DNA from: Octopus vulgaris | Lineage: Eukaryota | Length of the DNA stretch: 64,000 nucleotides | Direction of reading: 5' to 3' | NCBI GenBank assembly: GCA_951406725.2 | Contig: OX597830.1 | Span: forward strand, 62,806,001-62,870,000 | Shown here: positions 26,630 through 39,597 of the stretch, piece after piece | Layout: every line of letters starts with the position of its first letter | How positions within the stretch are numbered: position 1 is the first letter of the stretch | Program-made: the position numbers and the translations under genes | Notes under the pieces: model-generated | The model's database searches: none | What the model was told of the DNA's origin: nothing | Seen by the model: only the letters and a program-made list of their open reading frames with translations

Positions 26630-26966
26630 TTATTTGTGTGTCTGTGTTTGTTCCCCTGCCATCGCTTGACAACCAATGCTGGTGTGTTTTTTTGTCCCCA
26701 TAACTTTGCAACTTGGTAAAAGTGACCAATAGAATAAGTACTAGGCCTACAAAGAATAAGTCCTGGGGTTGATTTCTTCAATTAAAAGGCAGTGCTCCAG
26801 CATGGCCACAGTCAAATTACTGAAACAAAAGAACAAAAAAATATGTTTTTTTTGGTTGGTAACACACAGGTCCCTTTAATGGTCATAGTTATAATTCAAA
26901 GCAGGATTAGAAATTCGAAATTGAAATTAAGGAATTAAAAGGGAAAAGATGCATGGAATTCATGTA

Positions 26967-27336
26967 CTCTCTTTTACTTGTTTTCAGTCATTTGACCGTG
27001 GCCATACTGGAGCACCGGCTTTAGTCGAGCAAATCGACCCCAGGACTTATTCTTTGTAAGCCCAGTACTTATTCTATCGGTCTCTTTTGCCGAACTGCTA
27101 AGTGACAGGGATGTAAACACACCAGCATCGGTTGTCAAGCAATGTTGGGGGGACAAACACAGACACACAAACACACACATACATATATATATATACATAT
27201 ATACGACAGGCTTCTTTCAGTTTCCGTCTACCAAATCCACTCACAAGGCATTGGTCGGCCTGAGGCTATAGTAGAAGACACTTGCCCAAGGTGCCACGCA
27301 GTGGGACTGAACCCAGAACCATGTGGTTGGTTAGCA
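26967..27336 (-). mobile_element. SINE family A
   Basis: Match to family A. Confidence 0.85.
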
Positions 27337-27529
27337 AATTCATTTATTGTTTATTTGTTTACTTATTACGATCTTCTTGAAATTTTTAGTTATTGGCAAT
27401 CATTTATAACCTATTTCACTCTTTTTAGAAATCACAAGCATGACATAAGCTGTGACTTATTAATTAAACATTTGGTAAATTTTTACTATTACACCTGCCT
27501 CATGATATGGGTCTAAATAGTAAAAATTT

Positions 27530-27604
27530 ACTACCACACCACCACGACTACTAGTGCTATTATTACTACTACTAGTAGTGCTGCTGCTGCTGCTGCTGCT
27601 GCTG

Positions 27605-27656
<52 letters not shown>

Positions 27657-27745
27657 CACCACTACTACTACTACTCATAATAATAATAATAATAATAATA
27701 ATGATGATGATAATGATAATAATAATAATAATAATGATGATGATG

Positions 27746-27800
<55 letters not shown>

Positions 27801-27807
27801 TAATAAT
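27530..27807. repeat. Compound (CTA)/(CTG)/(TAA)/(TGA) microsatellite
   Basis: Direct reading. Confidence 0.9.
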
Positions 27808-28142
27808 TCTTTCACAGAAGGAAACAAACACTGAATTCCTTGCCTCTTTCCTTCTCCATGAGATAGTAGTGATATCTCTTTCAAAAGTCCACTGATGAGA
27901 AATTACACTTGTTTCATGAGATGGATGTAATAATGAAATTTTACACCCTCCCCCTTTTTTTTTAAAGCTTACATAAAAGATAAATTATGTAAGAGATTTT
28001 TACTGTGCTTTGAACTTAAATCATATTGATTTCCATGTGCAAAAAGCTGTAACCAGTATTTTGTCACATCAGCAAAAATCTGATCAATGGTTTTCTAGAA
28101 GTTTTTGGAATATGGTCAGAATAATTCATGGCTGTGATGACT

Positions 28143-28548
28143 TACTCTTTTTTACTTGTTTCAGTCATTTGACCGTGGCCATGCTGGAGCACCGCCTTTA
28201 GTCGAGCAAATCGACCCCAGAACTTATTCTTTGTAAGCCCAGTACTTATTCTATCGGTCTCTTTTGCCGAACCGCTAAGTGACGGGGACGTAAACACACC
28301 AGCATCGGTTGTCAAGCAATGCTAGGGGGACAAACACAGACACACAAACATATACACATACATATATATATATATACATATATACGACAGGCTTCTTTCA
28401 GTTTCCGTCTACCAAATCCACTCACAAGGCATTGGTCGGCCCGGGGCTATAGCAGAAGAGATTTGCCCAAGATGCCACACTGTGGGACTGAACCCGGAAC
28501 CATGTGGTTGGTTAGCAAGCTACTTACCACACAGCCACTCCTGTGCCT
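28143..28548 (-). mobile_element. SINE family A
   Basis: Full-length match. Confidence 0.9.
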
Positions 28549-28832
28549 ACTTGAAGAAAAATTTAACTGATAATGTTTAACTGATATCAGGAAAGATTCT
28601 AAAAAGTCCGAAATTGTTGGTTAAAAATAAGTTATGCTTTGATTATGTTAATTTAGCTGATAAAAAGAGTGATGAACAACAAGCAGTGGAGTAGAATTAG
28701 ACAAACACTGAGACAAACTTGATTGGGTTATCAACAAGTGAACATGGAGCTGATACTGGGAAACCAAATGCTATTGGGATGTAAAGACAAAAGAAGCTGA
28801 TAGGTAGAGCCATGAGTGATGAAGCACAACTA

Positions 28833-29277
28833 CTCTTTACTCTTTTTACTCTTTTACTTGTTTCAGTCATTTGACTGCGGCCATACTGGAGCACCGCCTT
28901 TAGTTGAGCAACTCGACCCCGGGACTTATTCTTTTGTAAGCCCAGTACTTATTCTATCGGTCTCTTTTGCCGAACCGCTAAGTAACGGGGACATAAAAAA
29001 CACCAGTATCAGTTGTCAAGCAATGCTAGGGGGACAAACAGACACACACACATACACACGCATATATATATATATATATATATACATATATACGACGGGC
29101 TTCTTTCAGTTTCCGTCTACCAAATCCACTCACAAGGCTTTGGTCGGCCCGAGGCTATAGTAGAAGACACTTGCCCAAGGTGCCACGCAGTGGGACTGAA
29201 CCCGGAACCATGTGGTTGGTAAACAAGCTACTTACCACACAACCACTCCTGCGCCTACACAGCCACTCCTGCGCCTA
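28833..29277 (-). mobile_element. SINE family A with duplicated 5' tip
   Basis: Full-length match; acaca(g/a)ccactcctgcgcct occurs twice. Confidence 0.9.
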
Positions 29278-30004
29278 CAAACAAAATTCTTTCTCTGACT
29301 GATACTATGATCAAAAGGCCAACAGAACTTGAGCCATGTGAATAATTGTGGCTGGTTCTATTTTGACCACCCGATTGTCAGTAAAATATGAATGCCAACC
29401 CCAGCTAACCTTAGCTAACCACTTCAGTATATCAACACTCATCACCACACAGAAAAATCCCTCCACAGGAGTGGACCCAAGGGAAGGGGCCTGAGGGACA
29501 CATGTCCCACCCCAAGAAAAGAAGTGAGCCCTTCTAAATAATGTTATTACACCCTTTTCTCCTTGAATTGTATTCCCTTCTCACCTTGTGCCCTCCCTTT
29601 GAAAAATTCCTGGGACTGCACCTTCTCCATGATGTTCCATTTTTTTCTTATTTTGTTCTACTGGACCAATGTGTCTGGTTTTTCTTCCTAAAGTAACAAT
29701 AAATATATTTTTTCGAATTTTGGCACAAGGCCAGCAATTTTAGAGGTTGGGGTGGAGTCAAGTCCATTACATCAACCCCACTACTTGGACATTACTGTCT
29801 CAAGTCCCAGGACACAGAGGGCTGGTTATCCAGTTTCCACGACATCTAAGTGACCAAAATCATAACATTCCTCAAGTGAATGGGGTTACTCATTTTCAGC
29901 TGAGTGGACTGAAACAATGTGAAAGGAAGTGTTTTGCTCAAGAACATAACAACACATTGCTCAGTTCAGGAACCAAAACCACAATCTTGCAATCAGGGGT
30001 GCAT

Positions 30005-30231
30005 ACCTATTTCTTTACTACCCACATGGGGCTAAACACAGAGAGGACAAACAAGGACAGACAAACGGATTAAGTCGATTATATTGACCCCAGTGCGTAA
30101 CTGGTACTTATTTAATCGACCCGAAAGGATGAAAGGCAAAGTCGACCTTGGCGGAATTTGAACTCAGAACGTAACGGCAGACGAAATACGGCTACGCATT
30201 TCGCCCGGCGTGCTAACGTTTCTGCCAGCTC
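30005..30231 (-). mobile_element. SINE family B, CpG-rich (probably young) copy
   Basis: gagctggcagaaacgttagcacgccgggcgaaatgcg... on the minus strand. Confidence 0.85.
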
Positions 30232-30889
30232 AGGGGTGCATACCACTACAACATACACCCTCAGTCCAGGACTGAGAGGATGAAAGACAAAGTTGACCTC
30301 AGTATTCTTTTAAACTCAGAACATAAAGCATCAGAAAAAATGCCACTAAGCATTTTGTCTGATGTGCGAATAGTTCTCAAAGCTCACCATCTTCAAAAGT
30401 ATAAATAAATATATGCTAAAGAACTGACACCGACTCATATTCATTTCATCAGCTCTGGCTTATCAGTCTGATCATTATAACTAAGATTCTTTTAAGAAGG
30501 TTTGTCTCTGTTTCCTTTGATGTCTGCAAGCAACCACTGTTGTTGTTGTTGTTGTTTTTGTTGTAAACAAGACAATGAAGGCACATGGCTTAGAGGTTAG
30601 GGGTATTCGGCTCACAGTCATAAGGTTGTAAGTCTGATTCTTAGTGGTGTGTTGTATCCTTGAGCAAGACACTTTATTTCACCCTGCTTGTATCCTTGTA
30701 TCCTTTATTTCACCTTGCTCCAGTCCACTTAGCTGGCAAAAATGAGCAGTACCTGTATGTCAAAGGACCAGCCTTTGTTACATTCTGTGTCACACTGAAT
30801 CTTTCTCAGAACTACGTCAAATGTCTGTGGAGTACTCAGGCACTTGCACCTTCATTTTATGAGCACCAGACTAAATATTTCACTATTTA

Positions 30890-31570
30890 GTTTTCATCCT
30901 TCCAATTTCCTCATCCTTCTATTTTTCTATTTCATTAAGTTTACATTTCTATGTCTCTAAGTCCTTCCTTCCATTATCTAAGGTCATCCTTCCATATCTC
31001 CACTTTGCATTCTTCCTTTTATAGTTTTTAAGTTTATGTTTGTATATTTCCAAGTCTTCTATATTTTCTAAATACATCTTTCTATGTTTCCAAGTCCTTC
31101 CTTCCGTGTTTTCTAAGTACATTCTCCAAACCCTATCATCTATATTTTCTTAGTATATATCCTTCTATATTTCTAAATCCTTCCTTCTATTTCTCTAAGT
31201 ATATCCTTCCATTTCTCAAAGTCCTTCTACATTTTCTGAGTTCATCCTTCCATATTTGCAAGTCCTTCCTTCTAAGCTCATATCTCTCCCTCTTCTATAT
31301 TTTCTAACTTTATCCTTCCATGTCTCCAAAGTCTCCTTCCATTTTCCAAGTACATCCTTCCACATTTCCAAAGCCTTCCTTCAATGTTTTCTGAATTTAT
31401 CCTTCCATTTCCTTAAGCCTTTCCTTCCTCATTTCTACGTCCTTCCCTCTACGTATCTAAGTTCCTTACTTCTATATTCTTAACTTCAGTGTTTTCTAAG
31501 TCCTTCCTTCATTCTATACTTCTTAGTCCATCCTTCAATATTTGTAAGCTTTTTTCCTTCTCTAAATCCA
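30890..31570. repeat. Degenerate pyrimidine-rich minisatellite (~22-bp period)
   Basis: Recurring aagtccttccttc(c/t)at(a)tttct units. Confidence 0.7.
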
Positions 31571-32769
31571 AATTCCACAAGTACCAACATTTCATTCACC
31601 ATTCTTCATTCACCAATCAAAAAATATCAGACTGGTACCAGTTATCTATTGAGGACAATTCAATCATTTATAATTACTCCTTCCACCTCAACAGAAGCAT
31701 GGCCTGGCTTCACTCTAAAAACATCAATATTTACAATACAGAAATATTTTTATTCTGCTGATAACCTTTGTACAGTTTAACAAGTGTTGTGCACTTGTGT
31801 GTGTTGTTTTAACCTTTGTACAGCTCTTCACTCAGATAAATCCATATCTATTATTGATTGTTTATTTATTTCACACACACAGATAGCAATTTCTATTCAA
31901 GTACATTGTTTCAGCTATTTCCGTTTTTTTTTTAATTAAATAAGCACAGAGCTGTGAGGTTGAAGAAGCATACTTTGCAACCATGGGGCTTTGGGTTGGG
32001 TTCAATCTCAGTGCATAGCATCTTGGGCAAGTATCTTCTTTTATAGCCCCTGACCAATGCCTTGTGAATGAATCTGGTGCACAGAAACTGTGTTGAAGTC
32101 CATCATATTTGTATGTGGCCTAGTGGTTAGGGTGTTGCACTCACAATTGCTAGATCGTGGGTTCAATTCCTGGGCCAGGCAATTTGTTGTATTCCTGAGC
32201 AAAACACTTCATTTCCTGTTTTTCCATGGGTAGGAGAGTGACAGAATCATTGGCACATCAGCAGAAATGCTTTACAATATATCTTCCAGCTTTCTATGTT
32301 CTGGGTTCAAATCCCACCTGCCTGCAGAAGGCAACAGGAAACCATGCTGGTATTCATTCCAAGTCTAGACATGCCAGCCGAAGTTCCAGTAATCTACTTA
32401 ACGGCAGCATGGGAGGATAAGGGCCCTCCTACGTTGTATAGAGAGAGATGGAGAAGAAGGTTCACATGCACAGGACCTGCCCAAGGGTAGACCAACACTA
32501 GACTATATATGTATATTTGTATCTTTGTATGTGTGTCTTTGTGGCTGTGTTTGTTCCCCACCAAGACACTAGACAACTGGTGTTGGTTTGTTTATGTTTC
32601 TGTAAGTTAACAGTTTGACAAAAGACACCAATAGAATAAGTACCAGATTTTAAAAATTTTATGAAGGTCGATCTGTTTGACTAAAACCCTTCAAGATAGT
32701 GCTCCAGCAGGGGCACGGTCCAATGACTAGAGCAATTAAAGATATAAAAGATAAAATTTGTGTATAAAT

Positions 32770-32940
32770 GGCGTAGGAGTGGCTGTGTGGTAAGCAGCTT
32801 GTTTACCAACCACATGGTTCCAGGTTCAGTCCCACTGCGTGGCACCTTGGGCAAGTGTCTTCTACTATAGCTTCGGGCCGACCAAAGTCTTGTGAGTGGA
32901 TTTGGAAGACGGAAACTGAAAGAAGCCCGTCGTATATATG

Positions 32941-33001
<61 letters not shown>

Positions 33002-33210
33002 TTGTGTGTCTGCGTTTGTCCCCCCAACATTGCTTGACAACTGATTTGGTGTATTTATGTCCCCGTAACTTAGCGGTTCGGCAAAAGAGACCGATAGAAT
33101 AAGTACTAGGCTTACAAAGAATAAGTCCTGGGGTCGATTTGCTCGACTAAAGGTGGTGCTCCAGCATGGTCACAGTCACGTGACTGAAACAAGTAAAAAG
33201 TAAAAGTAAA
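32770..33210 (+). mobile_element. SINE family A
   Basis: Full-length match. Confidence 0.9.
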
Positions 33211-34427
33211 GTATATCAAAATATTTTCTAGAAATATTTATTGTAGGCAGATAAGAATTGGTTTGTTGTTTGTACCTTTGTTTGGAAGTATTCGATGGCA
33301 CATTGATAAGTTATATTTTTGTTTGAGATTTCAATTTATCATAAAAATTGAATGTTTTCATTTATCAGGCTCGGTACAGGTGAGGGTAGAGTTGGGGAAA
33401 TAGGAGCAGATATGGTGTGATGGGGTCTATGTTTGATGTGGCTCTCTCCTATTCCTATATATCATCCTCAGCAGCAGCAGCATCACCATCATCATCATAA
33501 TCGCCATCTACATCATCTGCATCATCATCGTCATCGTCGTCGTCGTCATCATCATCATTATCATCATCAACATTGCTACCATCATTTTGATGTCCACTTT
33601 CCACTTTGCATTGTCCAAACAAAATTCATTGAGAAAAATTTGCCACAGCTGATGCCGTTTCTGTTTCTACCAACCCTCACCTGTTTCCAATCAAGGTAAT
33701 ATTTCTCCATGGCCAGACATGTTTTCATGGAAGACTGGAAATGAATGACACCACTTGTATGACAGTGACACCCATGCACAACTGTTGTGCCATGTCAAAA
33801 TGTCAAAACAATAAGATCTAAACACACACACACACACACACACACAGAAACATGCATACACACACGAATGTATGCACACACACAACTCATACACACACAT
33901 ATATATATACACAATAAGTTTCTTCAAGTTTCCATCAATCAAATCCAATTTCATGGCTTTGATCAGCCTAAGACTATAATTGAAAATATTTGCCAAAGGT
34001 ACCATGCAGTGGTGCTGAACCTGAAACTACATGGTCGGGAAGCTAACTTCTTAACCACACAGCCATTCCTGCACCTGTCCCATTCCAATTTATAACTGGA
34101 AAAAAATAATTTTACTAATATTAACCAATTGTTAATGACGAAAATGAAGCAAGTAATTAAACAATTGTTTTTACTACTAAATATAAGAACTAATAATATC
34201 TGTTATTGGATACCATTGAACTGACAACACTGGATAACATTTTATGAAGGCCATAAAAGAAACGAGGCGTAATTTTTTAATTAATTATTATATTCAGAAA
34301 TCAGGACTTTCAAAATAGCATATTTGACAAATCCTGGAAGTACTGCAATAACAAAGGTGGAGCATGCCCCTAACTCTTTGGCTTGCTTGGAAACAGGTGA
34401 GGGTTGGTGATAACATGGAACAAGTAC

Positions 34428-34628
34428 CTCTTTTACTTGTCTCAGTCATTTGACTGCAGCCATGCTGGAGCACCACCTTTAGTCGAGCAAATAGACCTCA
34501 GGACTTATTCTTTGTAAGCCTAGTACTTATTCTATCAGCCTCTTTTGCCAAACCGCTAAGTTACAAGGATGCAAACACACCAGCATTGGTTGTCAAGCGA
34601 TGTTGGGGGGACAAACACAGACACACAA

Positions 34629-34683
<55 letters not shown>

Positions 34684-34840
34684 CAACGGGCTTCTTTCAG
34701 TTTCTGTCTACCAAATCCACTCATAAGGCTTTGGTCGGCCCGAGGCTATAGTAGAAGACACTTGCACAAGGTGCCACGCAGTGGGACTGAACCAGAACCA
34801 TCTGGTTGGTAAGCAAGCTACTTACCACACAGCCACTCTT
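34428..34840 (-). mobile_element. SINE family A
   Basis: Full-length match. Confidence 0.85.
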
Positions 34841-35598
34841 GTACCAATGACTTTTATATGACATGAGCTTCAGTACTTTCCATGTGACACTAGCACCAGT
34901 GCCTCTTACATACATAGCACTATAACCAATGGTTTTTACATGGCACCATCAGCAGTGCTTTTTATGGAGCACTATTGTCAGTGCATCTTACGTGACACCA
35001 GCACCAGTGTATTGTATGTGGAACCATCAACCATGGCACCAGTACCAGTGCTTTATATAGACACCAGCACTGGCTATGTATATTAAGTTTGTCAGCTTAA
35101 TTAATTAATTTTTTTTCCCATTTCTTTTAATCTTTCCTATCATCATCATCGTTTAGCATCCGCTTTCCATGCTGGCATGGGTTGGACGGTTTGACTGGAG
35201 TCTGGGAAGCCAGAAGACTGCACCAGGCCCAAACTGATCTGGCAATGTTTCTACGGCTGGATGCCAACCACTCCGTGAGTGTAGTGGGTGCTTTTTACGT
35301 GCCACCAGCACAGGTGCCAGACGAGGCTGGCAAACGGCCACGATCGGATGGTTAACATGCAGCATATTTTTATCCTAATGTTTTGCATATATTTTTTATG
35401 CAGCTCCATTCTTCTACAACTTTTGTTTGTTGTTTTTGAAATTTAAATAGAGTGCTAATTATGTAAAAAATAGCTAATGCAATTATCTGACAATGCAGTC
35501 ATCACCCAAACTATTATATTTAATATATCTAATATATTTTATATATTTAATGTGTCTAATTTGTTTATCTGTAAATTGCCTCCAAAAATATACATACA

Positions 35599-35637
<39 letters not shown>

Positions 35638-36502
35638 TGTACATTTAAACGCATAAGAGGTATCCTTCATAGGATTCCTTTCACGCTAGAAGGAACAGCT
35701 AAAGTCCAAAGGGATAAAAAAACTCGAAGGGAATGAAAAATAAAAACATCTACCATCTATTTCCTGTACCATGGTTTCTAACTAGATATTATTAATTTAT
35801 TATATATACATTTACCTCGTGCTGGTGGCACGTAAAAAGCACCCACTACACTTATGGAGTGGTTGGCATTAGGAAGGGCATCCAGTTGTAGAAACACTGC
35901 TAGATCGGACTGGAGCCTGGTGCAGCCTTCTGGCTTCTCAGACCTCAGTTGAACCGTCCAACCCATGCCAGCATGGAAAGCGGACGCAAAATGATGATGA
36001 TGGTGATATATATATATATACATACATATATATATATGTATAATTACACACACGCACACACATGCGCGCACACACGCACACATATATATAGATTAAACTG
36101 CATCTGGTAGTTGGACCCTGGTTTGAGAGTTCCAAGATTTTGAGGTCAGTGGAATCCCCTCTTCACCACTATTGTTACCAGATCTACTCTGACCTGGAGT
36201 ATTTGCATCTCTCAGGGTCGTAGCTATGGGTTAAATAGCATGTAACCACCCAAGCCAGGGTATGTTAAAATCATGGGATGCAGCATGATGGATGTGGACT
36301 ATTTTGGCAGATGAACTTATTGAAACAAGAACATCTATCATTGGTTGCTGGGTGGATGAACAAAGAACAAACTGTGAATGGCCAGGATCAACCAGGGTGG
36401 TTAGTCAACTACTGCTACCATCTGTAGTCATGCCAAGCTTCCCGACCAGGTAGTTTCAGGTTCAGTACCACTGCATGGTACCTTTGGCTGTGCACAGATG
36501 AG

Positions 36503-36598
36503 GTTAGGGTTAGGGTTAGGGTTAGAGTTAGGGTTAGAGTTAGAGGGTTAGGGTTAGGGTTAGGGTTAGGGTTAGGGTTAGGGTTAGGGTTAGGGTTA
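36503..36598 (+). repeat. Interstitial telomeric repeat (TTAGGG)n, about 16 units with a few TTAGAG variants
   Basis: Direct reading. Confidence 0.95.
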
Positions 36599-36672
36599 AA
36601 ACCCAAGCCAGATATTTATGCAACATCACTTGTTCTCTCTCTCTCTCTCTCTCACACATACACACACACACA

Positions 36673-36709
<37 letters not shown>

Positions 36710-36777
36710 TCTGTATTTTACAGCTGGATGCCCTAAATAAAACCAGCCACCAAGGAGATATATATTATCATCATTTA

Positions 36778-36992
36778 AGGTGGCGAGCTGGCAGAAACGT
36801 TAGCACGAAATGTGTAGCCGTATTTCGTCTGCCGTTAAGTTCTGAGTTCAAATTCCGTCGAGGTCAACTTTACCTTTCATCCTTTCGGGGTCAATAAATT
36901 AAGTACCAGTTTCACACTGGGGTCGATGTAATCTACTTAATCCGTTTGTCTGTCCTTGTTTGTCCCCTCTTTGTGGGTAGTAAAGAAATAGG
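36778..36992 (+). mobile_element. SINE family B with 16-bp flanking direct repeat
   Basis: tatatattatcatcat at 36759-36774 and 36993-37008. Confidence 0.85.
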
Positions 36993-37789
36993 TATATATT
37001 ATCATCATCATTTGGTGGTTGGTTTTATTTAGGGCACCCAGCTGTAAACTCCATGCCAAAACAGACACAGAAATCTGGTGAGAGAGAGAGAGGGAGAGAG
37101 AAAGAGAGAGAGAGAATGAGTGATGTGGCATGAATGTGTGGCTTGGGTTTTAGCCATAGTAATCTCTCACAAGCTGAAATATCTCATCTGTGCATAACAT
37201 GATTGCAGATGATAGCATTTTCGCCAGCAGGGTGGACTGGAGCAATGTGAAATAAAGTGACTTGCTCAAGGATACAATACGCTGTCAGGAATTGAACTGT
37301 TGGTGTGTTTACAGCCCCGTAACATAGCGGTTCGGCAAAAGAGACCGATAAAATAAGTACTAGGCTTACAAACAATAAGTCCCGAGGTCGATCTGTTCGA
37401 CTAAAGGTGGTGCTCCAGCATGGCCACAGTCAAATAAATGAAACAAATAAGAGATTAAAAGAATAAAAGAATTATCTAACAAAGTACAACAATACAGCTA
37501 GCAGTACTCTATGGTACATTTCTGTACTTTATCTAGTTTAGTTTGTCAGTGTTTTAGTTTCATCCCTAAGATAGCAAGTTCACATTCCACCCTCCCACCC
37601 ACCCATATTGATTTTGTTCTCCATCCTCAATTTGAAAGCAAAGTAACAATAATAATAATAGATTGTGCTTGATTTTATTGGTCAAGCCCCTGTTCTCCCT
37701 CACAACCTCACACACACTTTGTCCTTCCTTTATCAAAGTTAGCCATTTGTCTAACCAAAATAGAATCAATTTTTCACCAAAGGTCAGTT

Positions 37790-38530
37790 TTAGTGGTAGT
37801 GGTGGTGGTGGTGGTGGCTGAGGCAATGGTGGTAATAGTGATGATGGTGGCAGTGATGGTGGTGGTGGTGGTGGTGGTGGTGGTGATGGTGATGGTTGTG
37901 GTGGTGGTGGTGATGGTGATGCTGGTGGTGGAAGTGATGTTGGTGGTGGTGATGGTGGTGGTGGTGGTGGTGGTGGTGGCGGCAGCAGTGGCAGTGATAG
38001 TGGTGGTGGTGGTGGAGATGGTGATGATGCTGGTGGTGGTGGTGATGGTTTGGTGGTGGTGGTGGTGGTGGTGGTGGGGGGGTGTTGCCAGATATAGAAC
38101 TACAGTTTACAAATGTTATCTGGTATTTATTTTGAATCTCTTTAAGGGTCTTGTCACATGTAAATAGTCTCTCCGGAAATGACTTCCTCTTTTTATCTCC
38201 TCTCTACCATCACCACCACCACCACCACCACCACCACAACCACAACCACCATCACAACCACCACCAACACCATTATTGCTGTTACTATCACTGCCACCTA
38301 TGCTACTGTCAAGACCACTACAACCACCATCACAACCACTACCACCACCACTACCCCTACTTCTAAGATTGCCACAACCAACCTATCACCACTACTATCA
38401 CTGCTGCTGCCACCACAACCACCACAACCACCACAACCATCAAAACTTCTACAACCAAGACCACTGCAACCAACCCTACTACAACTACTACCTTCACCAC
38501 CACCAGCACCAGCACCACAACCACCAAGAC
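37790..38530. repeat. (GGT)n tract followed by a (CAC)n tract
   Basis: Direct reading; the two tracts are complementary. Confidence 0.9.
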
Positions 38531-39479
38531 TGTACCAACTCCACTCCGACCATCAGCCATGTTAATAGAAATCATATTTCGTTTGCCTTGGAAATAAAGG
38601 GACAGTACATTAGATAAATGTAGTCCTAGATACACAATGTCTTGTACAAAGACTACAACTAGACCTAGGAAAATTGGGACAGCCTGAGTTTTGGTTTGTT
38701 AGATTAGGAGGGATTTGAGGTTAAACAACAGCATCAACAATAATAGAAATGGCAGCAACAGCAGCAGCAGCCGTTCAAGAATTTGGACCTGGAGATCTCC
38801 ATTTCCAGCGACTTCGAGGGCCACCTCCCAATGGTGTCGGGCGCCAACGAAGAGCCCTCGACTACAACAAGACGACCAAAGTTTATTTTTCCATGGTCTG
38901 GGGTCTCCAGCCCCTAAACCCTAGACCATCACCTAATCACCCTTACCCGTCTTGTTGCTTAACAACAACAACAACAACAACAGTAGCAGCAGTAGTGGAG
39001 GCGCAATGGCCCAGTGATTAGGGCAGCGGACTCGCGGTCGGAGGATCGCGGTTTCGATTCCCAGATCGGGCGTTGTGTGTGTTTATTGAGCGAAAATACC
39101 TAAAGCTCCACGAGGCTCTGGCAGGGGGTGGAAGAAGAAGAAGACAACAACAACTACTGCAACAAATACAAGAGCAATAACAACTACAACCATAGCAAGA
39201 GCAACAACAACAGCAACAGCAACAACAACAACAATAACAGCAGCAGCAACTGATAATAGAATATCAAACACAAACAGGGATGGAAAATTAACCTCTAAAA
39301 TCTGATAAACTAATTGTGGTTGACATTCCGGCAAATTCCAACATGAAAGTACTAACTGTTGTTGTGCTTCGTCACAGGAAAAACAGCATTTCCTTTATGA
39401 CAGAATATATCTTCATAACATACTTGAGTTGTTAAAATAAGGTGCAGGAGTGGCTGTGTGGTAAGTAACTTGCTTACCA

Positions 39480-39597
39480 ATCACATGGTTCCAGGTTCAA
39501 TCCCACTGCGTGGCACCTTGGTCAAGTGTCGTCTACTATAGTAGACGACACTTGACCAAGGTGCCACGCAGTGGGATTGAACCTGGAACCATGTGAT
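39480..39597. repeat. Perfect 118-bp palindrome formed from two family A SINE heads
   Basis: 59-bp arms, no spacer, centre ctacta|tagtag. Confidence 0.9.

Noticed and set aside
27892-27903. CTGATGAGAAA
   Set aside because: No stem II, stem III or stem I
32320-32356. ctgcagaaggcaacaggaaaccatgctggta as a hammerhead
   Set aside because: Core A6 is missing and there is no stem I; it resembles a common gaaggcaa.gg.aaacca retroposon motif
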